From NCBI GenBank assembly GCA_964420405.1, contig CAYQTL010000011.1:268-64267 (forward strand): DNA of 64,000 nt, given 5' to 3'. Within the stretch, counting starts at the first letter, position 1, and each line of letters starts with the position of its first letter. A program made the position numbers and the translations under genes. The notes beneath the pieces were generated by a model. The model was not told the origin of the DNA, made no database searches, and saw nothing but the letters and a program-made list of their open reading frames with translations. Shown in pieces: positions 28,136 to 37,118 of this stretch. Origin of the DNA: an uncultured Thermoanaerobaculia bacterium. GTDB lineage: Bacteria > Acidobacteriota > Thermoanaerobaculia > Thermoanaerobaculales > Sulfomarinibacteraceae.

Positions 28136-29308
28136 GTGCGGCTGACGGTGCTCGGGCCCGGCCACCCGTTCCGGGGCGGGATCGCCACCACGACCACGCG
28201 CCTGGTGGCGGCGCTGCGCGACGGCGGACACGACGTCCGCTTCCTGGTTCCGACGCGGCAGTATCTCCGGTGGCTCTTTCCGGGCGCCGGCGACCGCGAT
28301 CCGGCGGCCTGCCCGCGGCTGGAGGGCACCGAGGACGCGTTGGATCCCATGTGGCCGCCGGCGTGGCCGCGGGGTCGCGCCGGGGCCCGGTCGCCAACGG
28401 CCGATGCGTGGCTCGTGCCGTACTGGACGTGGGCGTGGGCGGGATGGTGGCGCTATCTCCTCGGCACCGCGGACCGCCCGCCGGTGGTGGCGGTGGTCCA
28501 CAACCCTGCCGACCACGACGCCGGACCTCTCCAACGGCTCGCTGCTCGGCTCGTGCTGTCGCGCTGCGAGGGACTGTTCACCCACGGCCGGGCCCTCGCC
28601 GAGCGGCTGCGGGACGACTACCCGGGAACGCCGGCGTCGTCGTGCCCGCTGCCGCCGACCACGCGGTTCGAGCTGCCGCCTCGGGAGCAGGCGAGGGCAC
28701 AGCTCGGCCTGCCTGCCGGCGACCGGGTGGCCCTGTTCTGGGGCCTCGTCCGACCGTACAAGGGCGTCGACCTGCTGCTGGAGGCGCTCGCCGCGCTGCC
28801 GCGCGAGGCCGCCGATTGGCGGCTGGTGGTGGCCGGCGAGCCGTGGGGGGGCGCCGCGGCCGCGCTCCCCCGGCGGGCGGCCCGGCTCGGGATCGGGGAC
28901 CGGGTGCGCCTCGAGCTGCGCTGGGTGCCGGAGGCCGAGGTGCCGGCGCTGCTCGCGGCGGCGGACCTGCTGGTGCTGCCCTACCGCGCCGGCTCCCAGT
29001 CGGCGGTCGCGCCGATCGCCCTCGCCCACGGCGTGCCGGTCCTCGCGACCGCGGTCGGCGGCCTGCCGGAGCTGGTCCGGGACGGGGTCAACGGCGTCGT
29101 CGTGCCGCCCGGCGACCCGGCCGCCCTCGCCGGCGCCCTCGCCGGGCTGGACCGCGGGCGGCTGGCCGCGCTGGCGGCCGCCGCTCCGGCCACGGTGCCG
29201 ACGTGGTCCGAGTACGCCTCGCGCGTCGACGACCTCGTCACCCGCGTCGTCGAGCGTCGCTCCGGAGAGCCGCGTCCTCGTCCGGTCGGATCCGGCTGCC
29301 GGGGGTGA
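28136..29308 (+). CDS. Glycosyltransferase family 4 (GT1-type fold)
   Basis: GTG start 7 nt after GGAGGA. Motifs PYKGVDLLLEAL and GSQSAVAPIALAHGVPVLATAVGGLPELVRDGVNGVVVPPGD. Confidence 0.8.
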   Translation: MRLTVLGPGHPFRGGIATTTTRLVAALRDGGHDVRFLVPTRQYLRWLFPGAGDRDPAACPRLEGTEDALDPMWPPAWPRGRAGARSPTADAWLVPYWTWAWAGWWRYLLGTADRPPVVAVVHNPADHDAGPLQRLAARLVLSRCEGLFTHGRALAERLRDDYPGTPASSCPLPPTTRFELPPREQARAQLGLPAGDRVALFWGLVRPYKGVDLLLEALAALPREAADWRLVVAGEPWGGAAAALPRRAARLGIGDRVRLELRWVPEAEVPALLAAADLLVLPYRAGSQSAVAPIALAHGVPVLATAVGGLPELVRDGVNGVVVPPGDPAALAGALAGLDRGRLAALAAAAPATVPTWSEYASRVDDLVTRVVERRSGEPRPRPVGSGCRG

Positions 29309-29490
29309 TGGCGGAGGGGATCCGATCCGGCGATCGCGACCCGGTTGCTGCGGCCGATGCAGCGGCCGACATCGGGCACGGACGCGGACGCTTGGGGCTG
29401 GCGACGGGAATCCGTGGGGCGGGGAGCGGGCCGCGCGCGGCGCCGCCGCGACACGGTACTCCTCGGGGACGCCGGGCGGACCGGCGACGC

Positions 29491-29661
29491 GCTGGATGCT
29501 GCCGCTGCCGCTGGACGCGACCTGCACCATCGGGATCGGGATCGGGATCAGGATCGGGAACGGGAACGGGATCGGAGGCCGAGGCGACCGGGTGGCGGAG
29601 CTCGGGGGAGGTCCTTCGGCTCCCGCCACGCCTCCGGCGCGTCGCTCGCTCAGGATGACGG
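29491..29661. repeat. Repeat-family copy: module S' + hexamer array + module B
   Basis: gctgccgctgccgctggacgcgacctgcaccatc + (gggatc/gggaac) x8 + ggtccttcggctcccgccacgcctccggcgcgtcgctcgctcaggatgacgg. Confidence 0.85.
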
Positions 29662-29704
29662 TGCGGGGGTGAGAGCGAGCCGGCGAGTCGGAACGGCTCG
29701 ACGC

Positions 29705-29732
29705 GAAACGGCCCGCACCGGAGTGCGGGCCG
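29705..29732 (-). terminator. Intrinsic terminator of the XRE-TPR-secreted operon
   Basis: On the minus strand: cggcccgcac-tccg-gtgcgggccg followed by tttcg. Confidence 0.6.
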
Positions 29733-29757
29733 TCGAATCGCGTGGTGTGTCCGCGGC

Positions 29758-30765
29758 TCAGCGCACCAGGCTGCGGATCAGGTCGACGGCCCTCTCGTGG
29801 TCGAGGCCGTCGGTCAGAGGCAGCGAGCGGATGTCGGACCACAGCTCGCCTTCGAGCTGGATGTACTCGACCGCCTGGTCGGCGTCCCAGTGCAGCACCA
29901 CCGACAGGCCGTGGCCCACCTCGGCCTCGGCGGAGGCCAGCGGCAGGTCGGGGTTGACGTAGAGCATCTCCTGGGTGCGCAGGATGATCACGGTCCGGCG
30001 CCGCTTCGGGTCGAGGTCCGGCTCGTCGGCGAGGCCCGCCCGGAGCTCGAGGATCTGGATCAGGCAGTCGGCGAGGTCGGTCGCCATCACGTGGGGGTTG
30101 CCGCTCTGGGGGTCGACGAACAGCCTCGGCGAGGCCAGCTCGGTGACGTCGTCGATGCCCGGGCAGCCGATGCCGTAGGGCAGCAGCTCGGCGAGGGCCA
30201 CCGGGTCCCGGTCGCCGAGCGCCGGCACGCCGTCCTCGCCGACGGGGACCGACTGGTACATGGCGACGCCGGCGTCGTAGCCGCTGTCGCGCTGCCACCA
30301 GACCACGTGGAGGAACGCCATCTGCACGTCGACCGTCGTCGGGTTGCCGTCGTCGTCGAACCAGTCGGCGGTGACGGTGGTGCGGTGGAACAGCATCTCG
30401 GGGCTGTGGGCGACGGTGCCGTCGCCGCCGGCGAGCACGTACGGGCCGTACCAGGTCTCGTCGTGGTACCAGGCGAGCTCGACCCGGGTGTCGGGCTCGA
30501 TGCCGCTCTGCCAGACGACGTACAGGCCGCCGGTTGCGGCGTCGGCGTCGAGGTGGATGGCCGCGGCGTCGGTCGAGGCGGTCAGCGGGACGGTCAGGTC
30601 GCGGACCGTCCCGCCGGGCCCCCGCTCGGTGATCACGATACCGGCGTCGGCGGCGTAGGCGGCGCGGTACAGGGTGCCCTGACGGGTCAGGGCCATGTCC
30701 GCGGCGCCGGCGCCGGCGGCGACGGCGAGAAGCACAGCGACAAGCAGTGCGCGTCGCATGGTCAT
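29758..30765 (-). CDS. Secreted hypothetical protein (335 aa)
   Basis: The ATG 30765 (MTMRRALLVAVLLAVAAGAGAA, a signal peptide) overlaps the TPR gene stop by 4 nt. I recognise no family. The track ORF extension to 31296 is rejected. Confidence 0.7.
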   Translation of the reverse strand: MTMRRALLVAVLLAVAAGAGAADMALTRQGTLYRAAYAADAGIVITERGPGGTVRDLTVPLTASTDAAAIHLDADAATGGLYVVWQSGIEPDTRVELAWYHDETWYGPYVLAGGDGTVAHSPEMLFHRTTVTADWFDDDGNPTTVDVQMAFLHVVWWQRDSGYDAGVAMYQSVPVGEDGVPALGDRDPVALAELLPYGIGCPGIDDVTELASPRLFVDPQSGNPHVMATDLADCLIQILELRAGLADEPDLDPKRRRTVIILRTQEMLYVNPDLPLASAEAEVGHGLSVVLHWDADQAVEYIQLEGELWSDIRSLPLTDGLDHERAVDLIRSLVR

Positions 30766-31664
30766 CCCTTCAGGTTGACGACCTGCAGCAGGTCGGTCGC
30801 CAGGAAGACGTCGACGATCTCGTCGCTCAGCCCGACCTCGGGGTAGTACTGGGTGAGCTCGCGCAGCCGGCGGCGGGCACGGAAGGTGTCGCCGCGGCGG
30901 ATGGCGGTCTCCCCGAGGAGGAAGAGGCAGTTCTTGACGATCACGTCGTCGTCGTGGTGGAACGCCAGGTCGAGCGCCCGCTCGCCGCACTTCTCGGCGA
31001 GCTCCAGGCGGTCGTCCAGGATGTAGCCGTAGCACAGGTCCTGCAGGACCTCGTAGACGTAGTGGTCGGCGTCGAGCTCGTCGAGGGCGCGGCGCGCTTC
31101 CTCGCAATGCCCGATGCCGGACGCGAGCCGGTCGGTGCACATGTGGACGTAGCCGAGGTTGTCCCGCACCTGGGCGGCCATGATCGCTTCGAGGTCGGTG
31201 ACGCTGTCGTACAGCGCCAGCGCCTGCCGCAGGGACGTCTCGGCGTCGTCGAACTCCGCCGCCTTCATCGCGAGGATCCCGAACAGGTTGCAGCACGCCG
31301 CGCGGCGGCTGCGATCCGGCGAGCCTTCGGCGAGCCCGACAGCCCGGCGCGCGTACGAACGCGCCTGCTCGAGCTCGTCCTCGTGGTAGTACGCCTGGGC
31401 GACGTAGTAGGCGGCCTGGAGCTGGTTCTCGTGGTCCCCGCTCGACAGCAGCAGCCGTTTGAGGCCGACGATCTCGTCGTGACCCTCGCCGAGATCGATC
31501 CGGAACGCCGCCCGGTTGCAGACCGCCCGGTCGGCGAGGTCGCCGTCGCCGGCGGCGCGGGCGACCCGCTCGGCCTGGTCGGCGTGGGCGATGGCGGCGC
31601 GAAGGTCGCCGGCGACGAAGGCCTGCTCGGCCTGGCGCAGCAGCTCCCGTGCCTGCGCGCTCAC
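30762..31664 (-). CDS. TPR-like helical repeat protein
   Basis: Repeated A/L/Y-rich helix pairs (AAYYVAQAYYHEDELEQARSYARRAVGLAE; LRQALALYDS...). 4-nt overlaps on both sides. Confidence 0.55.
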   Translation of the reverse strand: MSAQARELLRQAEQAFVAGDLRAAIAHADQAERVARAAGDGDLADRAVCNRAAFRIDLGEGHDEIVGLKRLLLSSGDHENQLQAAYYVAQAYYHEDELEQARSYARRAVGLAEGSPDRSRRAACCNLFGILAMKAAEFDDAETSLRQALALYDSVTDLEAIMAAQVRDNLGYVHMCTDRLASGIGHCEEARRALDELDADHYVYEVLQDLCYGYILDDRLELAEKCGERALDLAFHHDDDVIVKNCLFLLGETAIRRGDTFRARRRLRELTQYYPEVGLSDEIVDVFLATDLLQVVNLKG

Positions 31665-32074
31665 GACGACGACTCCCCGCTGCGGCGGACCTCCGCCGCG
31701 CGCCGGTCCTGGCGCTCGCGGCGGAGCTTGAACTCGACGTACTCGTGGACCTCCTCGCGCGCCGCCGGGCTCAGCTCGCGCAGCATCTGCAGCATCTGCA
31801 TGTCGGCCTGGCTGAGGGGCTGGGCCGCCGGGCGGGCGGCCGGGGCCTCGTCGAAGAACTCGGAGATCTCGACCCCGAACACGCGCAGGATCCTGAAGAG
31901 GTTGTCGAGGGAGACGCGGTACTCGCCCTTCTCCATGCGCGACAGATCGGACTGTTGGATGCCGATTTGACGCGCCAGCTCCGCCTGGGTGAGCTGCCGC
32001 TGCTTGCGCAGCTTGCGCAGGCGGCTGCCGATGCTGGCGGCCTGCGGCACGGTCGGGGCGCTGCGTTGCGGCAT
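31661..32074 (-). CDS. XRE-family HTH transcriptional regulator with C-terminal extension
   Basis: Motif IGSRLRKLRKQRQLTQAELARQIGIQQSDLSRMEKGEYRVSLDNLFRILRVFG. Confidence 0.85.
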   Translation of the reverse strand: MPQRSAPTVPQAASIGSRLRKLRKQRQLTQAELARQIGIQQSDLSRMEKGEYRVSLDNLFRILRVFGVEISEFFDEAPAARPAAQPLSQADMQMLQMLRELSPAAREEVHEYVEFKLRRERQDRRAAEVRRSGESSS

Positions 32075-32096
32075 GTGGGTCCTTCGTCCTGTCTCG

Positions 32097-32114
32097 ATTC
32101 TACTACTCTACTAC
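32097..32114 (-). promoter_or_regulatory. TAGAATCG -10 box overlapped by a perfect tandem 8-mer (GTAGTAGA x2), candidate XRE operator
   Basis: The minus strand reads gGTAGTAGAGTAGTAGAATCGagac, 22 nt before the XRE ATG. The region is locally AT-rich. Confidence 0.5.
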
Positions 32115-32327
32115 CGTTTTCCTGCTTTGTCCGTGCCGTCCCGCCCGCCGCTTCCCCCGCGGGGGGCCGTCGTGTACCATCCACGCCGCGGCGGAGGCGC
32201 ACGGGCGTCTCTCGACTATAGTATGTGGTCGCAGCAAGACCGTCAACCGCGACCCGTCGTCCGCCGCGACGCGGCCGCGCGTCGCCCGGGCGACCGGCGC
32301 CCGGCCCGCCCCCCCGGAGGTCCACGC

Positions 32328-33182
32328 GTGACGCACGACAGCCGATGGCGACGGTACGGCCTGGCCTTCGCCCGCCTGCCGCTGGTCCTTTCCCGGCAGC
32401 GCTTCCTGCTCGCCCAGCTCGCCCGGCGCGCGTTCGCGGCGCGCCACGCCGGGCTCTACCTCGGGTGGCTGTGGACGCCGCTTTCGATCGTGGTCCAGTT
32501 CACCCTGTACCTGCTGGTGTTCTCGGTCATCCTGGAGCTCAAGGCCGAGAACCTTGGCATCGACCTTGCTAAGAGGGCGCCCGTGGGCTTCGGGGTGTTC
32601 CTGATCACCGGCATGGTGCCGTTCTTCGCCATCAACGACAGCGTCGTCCGGGCCGCGCGGGTGTTCCGCTCCCACTCGGCCCTGGTGCAGCGCATGCGGC
32701 TGCCGGCGGAGGTGCTGGTGGTGGGCGACATGGTGGGCGGGCTGGTCCACCACCTGGCGTCCCTGGCGCTGCTGGTGGGCTACTGCGTCTGGCAGGGGCA
32801 CATGATACCCTCGGACGCCGGCTGGCTGGCGCTCGCCTTCGTGGTGCTGTCGGTGTGGATCCTGGGCGTCGGGCTGGCGGTGGCGGTGGCCGGCGCGGTG
32901 CTGCCGGACCTGCCGGAGGTGCTGCAGCTCGGGCTGCAGGTGGCGTTCTTCGGGGCGCCGATCGTCTACCCGCTGGCGGCGGTCCCCGAGGGGCTGCTGC
33001 GGACGGCGGTGGAGCTGAACCCGGTGACCCAGATCGTGTCGCTGTGGCGCACGGCCCTGGTCGGCGCCGAGCCGCCGTCCGTGGCCGCGATCGCGGCGGT
33101 GGCGGTGATCGGCGTCGGCATCCTTGCGGTGGGTGCGGCGGCGCTCGAGCGGTGGCGGTACACCATCGCCGACCTGCTGTGA
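32328..33182 (+). CDS. ABC-2 type transporter permease (Wzm/TagG-like)
   Basis: GTG 32328 lies 7 nt after GGAGG. Motif LGWLWTPLSIVVQFTLYLLVFSVIL and 6 hydrophobic segments. The track start 31989 is rejected. Confidence 0.8.
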   Translation: MTHDSRWRRYGLAFARLPLVLSRQRFLLAQLARRAFAARHAGLYLGWLWTPLSIVVQFTLYLLVFSVILELKAENLGIDLAKRAPVGFGVFLITGMVPFFAINDSVVRAARVFRSHSALVQRMRLPAEVLVVGDMVGGLVHHLASLALLVGYCVWQGHMIPSDAGWLALAFVVLSVWILGVGLAVAVAGAVLPDLPEVLQLGLQVAFFGAPIVYPLAAVPEGLLRTAVELNPVTQIVSLWRTALVGAEPPSVAAIAAVAVIGVGILAVGAAALERWRYTIADLL

Positions 33183-33278
33183 GGGTGACGGTGCGAGGGT
33201 GAGCGAACGAGGACGACAGACGACGAGACCGCCGGGTGCGGGTGGGACCCCGACCCGGCGTCGGCAAGGGAGGCAGCG

Positions 33279-35057
33279 ATGATCGCGAAGCTGAGCAGCC
33301 CTGACGGTCGGCGACCGCACGGCATCGAGGACGAGATCACACCGGGATCCGGAGCCGCTCCGCGCTGGACGGGAGCGGTCCTGACGGCGGTCCTGTGCGC
33401 TGTGCTGGCGGCGGCGCCCGGCACAACGTGGGCCGACGAGGGCCCGGAGGAGACCGGTCAGGAGCCGGCCGCGGCCGAGACGCAGGCACCGGCAGCCGGC
33501 GAGGAGAACCCGCCCGTCGGCGGGGTCGACCTGGACATCATCCGCAAGGCGACCGAGCGCTCGTGGTCCGGCTTCCTCGAGCGCTGGCTGACGCCGATCC
33601 CGGTGCCGAAGAAGTCCGTGGTCTACCTCGAGGACGGCTACGCCCTGTCCCACCCGGCGGTGTCGTACAAGATGGAGGTCGTCCGCGAGGAGGGGGACAC
33701 CGTCTGGCTGCGCGGCCTGCCGCCGGAGGATCCCGAGTCGCCGCTGCATCCGCTCTGGCTGCAGCGCCAGCACAGCGAGATCCTCACCCAGGGCATCCAG
33801 GACTGGACCGCCGAGTACGGTGAGCCCTACTTCTTCCTCGACTTCACCGCCGAGCTGGTGCCGCCGCCGTTCGTCGACGGTTTCGAGTTCGTACCGACCG
33901 CAGAGGACCTGCCCAAGCGGGGCGGCTGGCAGATGAACATGGTCGTGGCGGACATGAACGGCGACGGCCACGCCGACCTCGTCCACCCGCCGACCCGCAA
34001 GGGCGAGGGACGGCCGTTCGTCTTCCTCGGTGACGGGGACGGCGGCTTCGAGCCGTGGGACGGCCAGATGTACTCGCGCAGGGTCCCGTTCGACTACGGC
34101 GGCGTGGCCGTGGCCGACTTCGACGGCGACGGCCACCGGGACATCGCCCTCGCGATCCACTTCAAGAGCCAGTGGGTGATGTACGGCGACGGGACCGGTG
34201 ACTTCACGCGGGTCGTCCGGCTGCCGAGCCCCGACCCGCGGATCACCTCGCGGGCGGTCACCGCGGCCGACTTCGACGGCGACGGCCGGGTCGACCTGGC
34301 GTTCCTGGCCGAGCTCGACCTCGACCTCGGCACCAACCTCCGCATCGACGACTCGCCGACGGTGTGGATCGCCCGCAACGGTCTCGACGGCTGGGGGCTC
34401 GTCAGCAAGGGGTTGGCCGGCCACCCGGTCATCGGCGACACGATCCGGTCCGCCGACTTCAACGGCGACGGCCTGCCGGACCTCGTGGTGTCCTCCAACG
34501 CCAACAACTACCGCGACCTGCTGCTGCTCAACCGGCCCGACGAGCCGTGGAAGTCGGCCGGCAGCCGGCTGGTGCTCGCCAGCGGGTACCACTTCGACAT
34601 CGCGCCGACCGTCGAGGGCGAGGGCGACGACGAGCAGGTGGTGGCCTATGCGACCTTCTCCCAGTTCCTCAAGGTCCTCGGCGACAACCAGACCCGCACC
34701 GGGATCATCCGGTACGTGGTCGGCGAGGAGGGCTTCGAGGCGCAGGGCGATCCGGTGGTGATGGACGACCAGCGGTACAACCCCTACTACCGGGTCACTT
34801 CCGGTGACATCAACGGCGACGGCCTCACCGACCTGGTGGCCGGCCGGAAGGGCGGCGGCCTGGAGGTCTACCTGCAGGTCTCGCCGGGAACCTGGTACCG
34901 CGAGCAGGCGCCCGAGCTCGCCGCCACCGGACGTCCCTACGACCTGCACCTCGTGGACCTCGACGGCGACGGGCGCGACGATCTGCTCGGCTGCTTCGCG
35001 GAAACCGAGAAGCACCCCGGCGGGGTGTGGGTGTGGATGACCCGTCCGAGGTCTTGA
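33279..35057 (+). CDS. Secreted FG-GAP/VCBS repeat protein
   Basis: Signal/TM segment AVLTAVLCAVLAAAPGTTWA. Six Ca-binding-type repeats (DMNGDGHADLV, DFDGDGHRDIA, DFDGDGRVDLA, DFNGDGLPDLV, DINGDGLTDLV, DLDGDGRDDLL). Confidence 0.85.
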   Translation: MIAKLSSPDGRRPHGIEDEITPGSGAAPRWTGAVLTAVLCAVLAAAPGTTWADEGPEETGQEPAAAETQAPAAGEENPPVGGVDLDIIRKATERSWSGFLERWLTPIPVPKKSVVYLEDGYALSHPAVSYKMEVVREEGDTVWLRGLPPEDPESPLHPLWLQRQHSEILTQGIQDWTAEYGEPYFFLDFTAELVPPPFVDGFEFVPTAEDLPKRGGWQMNMVVADMNGDGHADLVHPPTRKGEGRPFVFLGDGDGGFEPWDGQMYSRRVPFDYGGVAVADFDGDGHRDIALAIHFKSQWVMYGDGTGDFTRVVRLPSPDPRITSRAVTAADFDGDGRVDLAFLAELDLDLGTNLRIDDSPTVWIARNGLDGWGLVSKGLAGHPVIGDTIRSADFNGDGLPDLVVSSNANNYRDLLLLNRPDEPWKSAGSRLVLASGYHFDIAPTVEGEGDDEQVVAYATFSQFLKVLGDNQTRTGIIRYVVGEEGFEAQGDPVVMDDQRYNPYYRVTSGDINGDGLTDLVAGRKGGGLEVYLQVSPGTWYREQAPELAATGRPYDLHLVDLDGDGRDDLLGCFAETEKHPGGVWVWMTRPRS

Positions 35058-35118
35058 CGGGCCGGGATTCGTGTTGCCATAATGCCTGTCGTGTCGAAGC
35101 ACTTTGGATTTCCGGCTC

Positions 35119-35147
35119 TTGACGCGCCCCAGATGCGGTGCTATATT
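35119..35147 (+). promoter_or_regulatory. Strong sigma70-type promoter in an AT-rich island
   Basis: TTGACG (35119-35124), 17 nt, TATATT (35142-35147). It would give a ~150-nt leader before ATG 35301. Confidence 0.7.
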
Positions 35148-35300
35148 TTATGCTGTTACAGCATGAGATCGAGCTAAGATGAGTAGCTTCAAAAAGTTTC
35201 GGGAGGTGAGGCACAACGGAGGAGGGCAGGTTGGATCGCTCGCGTCGAACCTGAAAACGAGATCTCGAGAGGAAAATCGTTGAGAAGGAAGGAGTTGAGC

Positions 35301-36842
35301 ATGAAGAGGTTTCTGACCCTGGCGCTCGTGGCCGCGCTCGGACTGGGCGTGAGCAGCGCCGTGTACGCGAACGTGTGCGCGTTCGACCCGGTGCCGGCGG
35401 CGACGCTGCTGTTCCCGTTCGTGGCGTACGACTACGACGGCGGCTTCGGCGGCGACACCACGATCTTCTCGATCACCAACGTGTCGGCCGAGGCGCAGAT
35501 CGTCCACGTCACCCTGTGGACCGACTACTCGATCGCGATCCTCGACTTCAACATCCTGCTGACCGGCTACGACACCCAGCGGGTGAACATCCGCGACATC
35601 CTGGCCGACGGCCAGCTGCCGGTCACTGTGATCGCGACCCACGCGCAGACCCCGGGCAACGAGGGCGTGTTCCCCGACGGCCCGGTGTCGCCTGACAACG
35701 ACAACGGCGGCGGCGGTGCGAACACCGGTTCCTGGATCCAGGGCCTGCTGGAGTTCCCCGAGTCGACCAACGACCTCGGCAGCGACCGCTGCTCGACCAG
35801 CGACCAGGCCTACCCGGGTCTGTACGCCGACAACCTGATCCCGGCGACCCAGCTCGCGGCGTTCCAGGACTGGCTGCAGGCCAGCCAGACCGCGTCGCGC
35901 TCGCACGCCAACGACTGCAGCCCGCCGTACGGCCCGGCCTTCCAGATCAGCCCCGACCCGTGGTTCTACCTCCGGGATGAGACGGATCCGACCTGGATGT
36001 ACATCACGGCCGACGTGGTCGAGACCTGCAACCTCACCTTCCCGGACAACCCGGCGTACTACGTCGACGAGATCCGGTACGACAACGTCCTGATCGGCGA
36101 CGTGACCTGGCTGAACAACGACGAGCGGTTCTCCGAGGTGGACAACGCGATCCACATCGAGGCCGACATCGACCTCGCCCAGGTCGCCACCATCAACGCC
36201 GACAACGACCGTCCGGTGTCCTTCTACCACCGGTACTCGCAGAACGCGCAGTTCTCCGACTACCGCGAGCCGCTGCCGACCGCCTGGGCGTTCCGCTACC
36301 AGGGCGCGCAGGACGACGGCACCCTCGACACGCTCATCCGGGCGTGGAAGGGCAGCTCGCTGTGGCCGACCGTGTACGACCTCGAGTTCAACCCGCCCAA
36401 CGTGGGCCCGGACTCCTTCATCGCGAGCAACTGCTACGCGTACACCTACTACGCCTGGGATGAGGACGAGGACGTCATCACCGTGACCGACTTCCCGTGG
36501 TCGCAGCCCGGCGGCGGCCTCATCATCCCGAACCTCCTGCCGCTCGAGACCCAGGAAGTCTCGGTCGACGAGTTCGACACCGTCGACACCTTCGGCTGGA
36601 TGCTCTTCGTGTGGCCGGCGTCCAACTACGTCGGCATCCCCGGCGCCCCGGCGCCGCCGGACTTCTACCAGACCTGGATGGGCGTGAAGTACGTGAAGGC
36701 TGGCGACTACTCCGCCGCGACCAGCGGTGCGGTGATGGCCAACTTCAACTGCTTCTCCGACCAGGTGCTGCCGAACCTCGGCATCGACTACAACTACGTC
36801 GACCAGTTCGGCTACGTGTCCTCGCCGTCGCTCTTCGAGTAA
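35301..36842 (+). CDS. Secreted hypothetical protein (513 aa), no family recognised
   Basis: AAGGAG RBS and signal peptide MKRFLTLALVAALGLGVSSAVYA. GC3-rich host-like codons. Own promoter and terminator. Confidence 0.8.
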   Translation: MKRFLTLALVAALGLGVSSAVYANVCAFDPVPAATLLFPFVAYDYDGGFGGDTTIFSITNVSAEAQIVHVTLWTDYSIAILDFNILLTGYDTQRVNIRDILADGQLPVTVIATHAQTPGNEGVFPDGPVSPDNDNGGGGANTGSWIQGLLEFPESTNDLGSDRCSTSDQAYPGLYADNLIPATQLAAFQDWLQASQTASRSHANDCSPPYGPAFQISPDPWFYLRDETDPTWMYITADVVETCNLTFPDNPAYYVDEIRYDNVLIGDVTWLNNDERFSEVDNAIHIEADIDLAQVATINADNDRPVSFYHRYSQNAQFSDYREPLPTAWAFRYQGAQDDGTLDTLIRAWKGSSLWPTVYDLEFNPPNVGPDSFIASNCYAYTYYAWDEDEDVITVTDFPWSQPGGGLIIPNLLPLETQEVSVDEFDTVDTFGWMLFVWPASNYVGIPGAPAPPDFYQTWMGVKYVKAGDYSAATSGAVMANFNCFSDQVLPNLGIDYNYVDQFGYVSSPSLFE

Positions 36843-36865
36843 GCGACACCACGAGCGAGACCACA

Positions 36866-36895
36866 GCGGGGCGGCCTTCGGGCCGCCCCGCTTTT
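36866..36895 (+). terminator. Intrinsic terminator
   Basis: gcggggcggcc-ttcg-ggccgccccgc followed by tttt. Confidence 0.85.
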
Positions 36896-36965
36896 CGTCC
36901 TCCGGCTCGCCTTTGAAACAGGGCTCCAGAACCGTCCACCCCGATCCGGAGACGAGGCCGAACAA

Positions 36966-37013
36966 CTCAGGAATCGCTCTGATTCCTGAGATCCGAGGTG
37001 ACCGCGGTCACCT
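36966..37013. promoter_or_regulatory. Two perfect palindromes upstream of the giant-gene promoter
   Basis: ctcaggaatc-gctct-gattcctgag (36966-36990) and the 18-bp palindrome aggtgaccgcggtcacct (36996-37013), 58-105 bp upstream of the -35. Confidence 0.45.
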
Positions 37014-37070
37014 TCGCTTCGTCCATTCTAAGTTCCTGATTCACATAACGGTTCTACCACGTCGACGCGC

Positions 37071-37100
37071 TTGACAGCGGGAAACGGGCCTCCGTATAGT
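37071..37100 (+). promoter_or_regulatory. sigma70-type promoter of the giant gene
   Basis: TTGACA (37071-37076), 18 nt, TATAGT (37095-37100). GGAGG at 37109-37113. Confidence 0.65.
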
Positions 37101-37118
37101 GGAGCCGTGGAGGTGAGC

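Noticed and set aside
28270-29672. Alternative-frame ORFs across the GT4 gene and the downstream repeat, ending in ...PPARRSLRMTVRG
   Set aside because: The conserved peptide-like tail (GPS.P.TPPA.RSLRMT) recurs only because module B of the DNA repeat is conserved. Upstream parts differ and overlap a real gene.
35179-35283. A 34-codon ORF (MSSFKKFREVRHNGGGQVGSLASNLKTRSREENR) and a 4-codon ORF (35163-35177) in the AT-rich leader
   Set aside because: Neither has a Shine-Dalgarno sequence, and the codon usage is unlike all confident genes. They cannot be supported as coding from sequence alone and are kept only as possible leader peptides under the leader finding.
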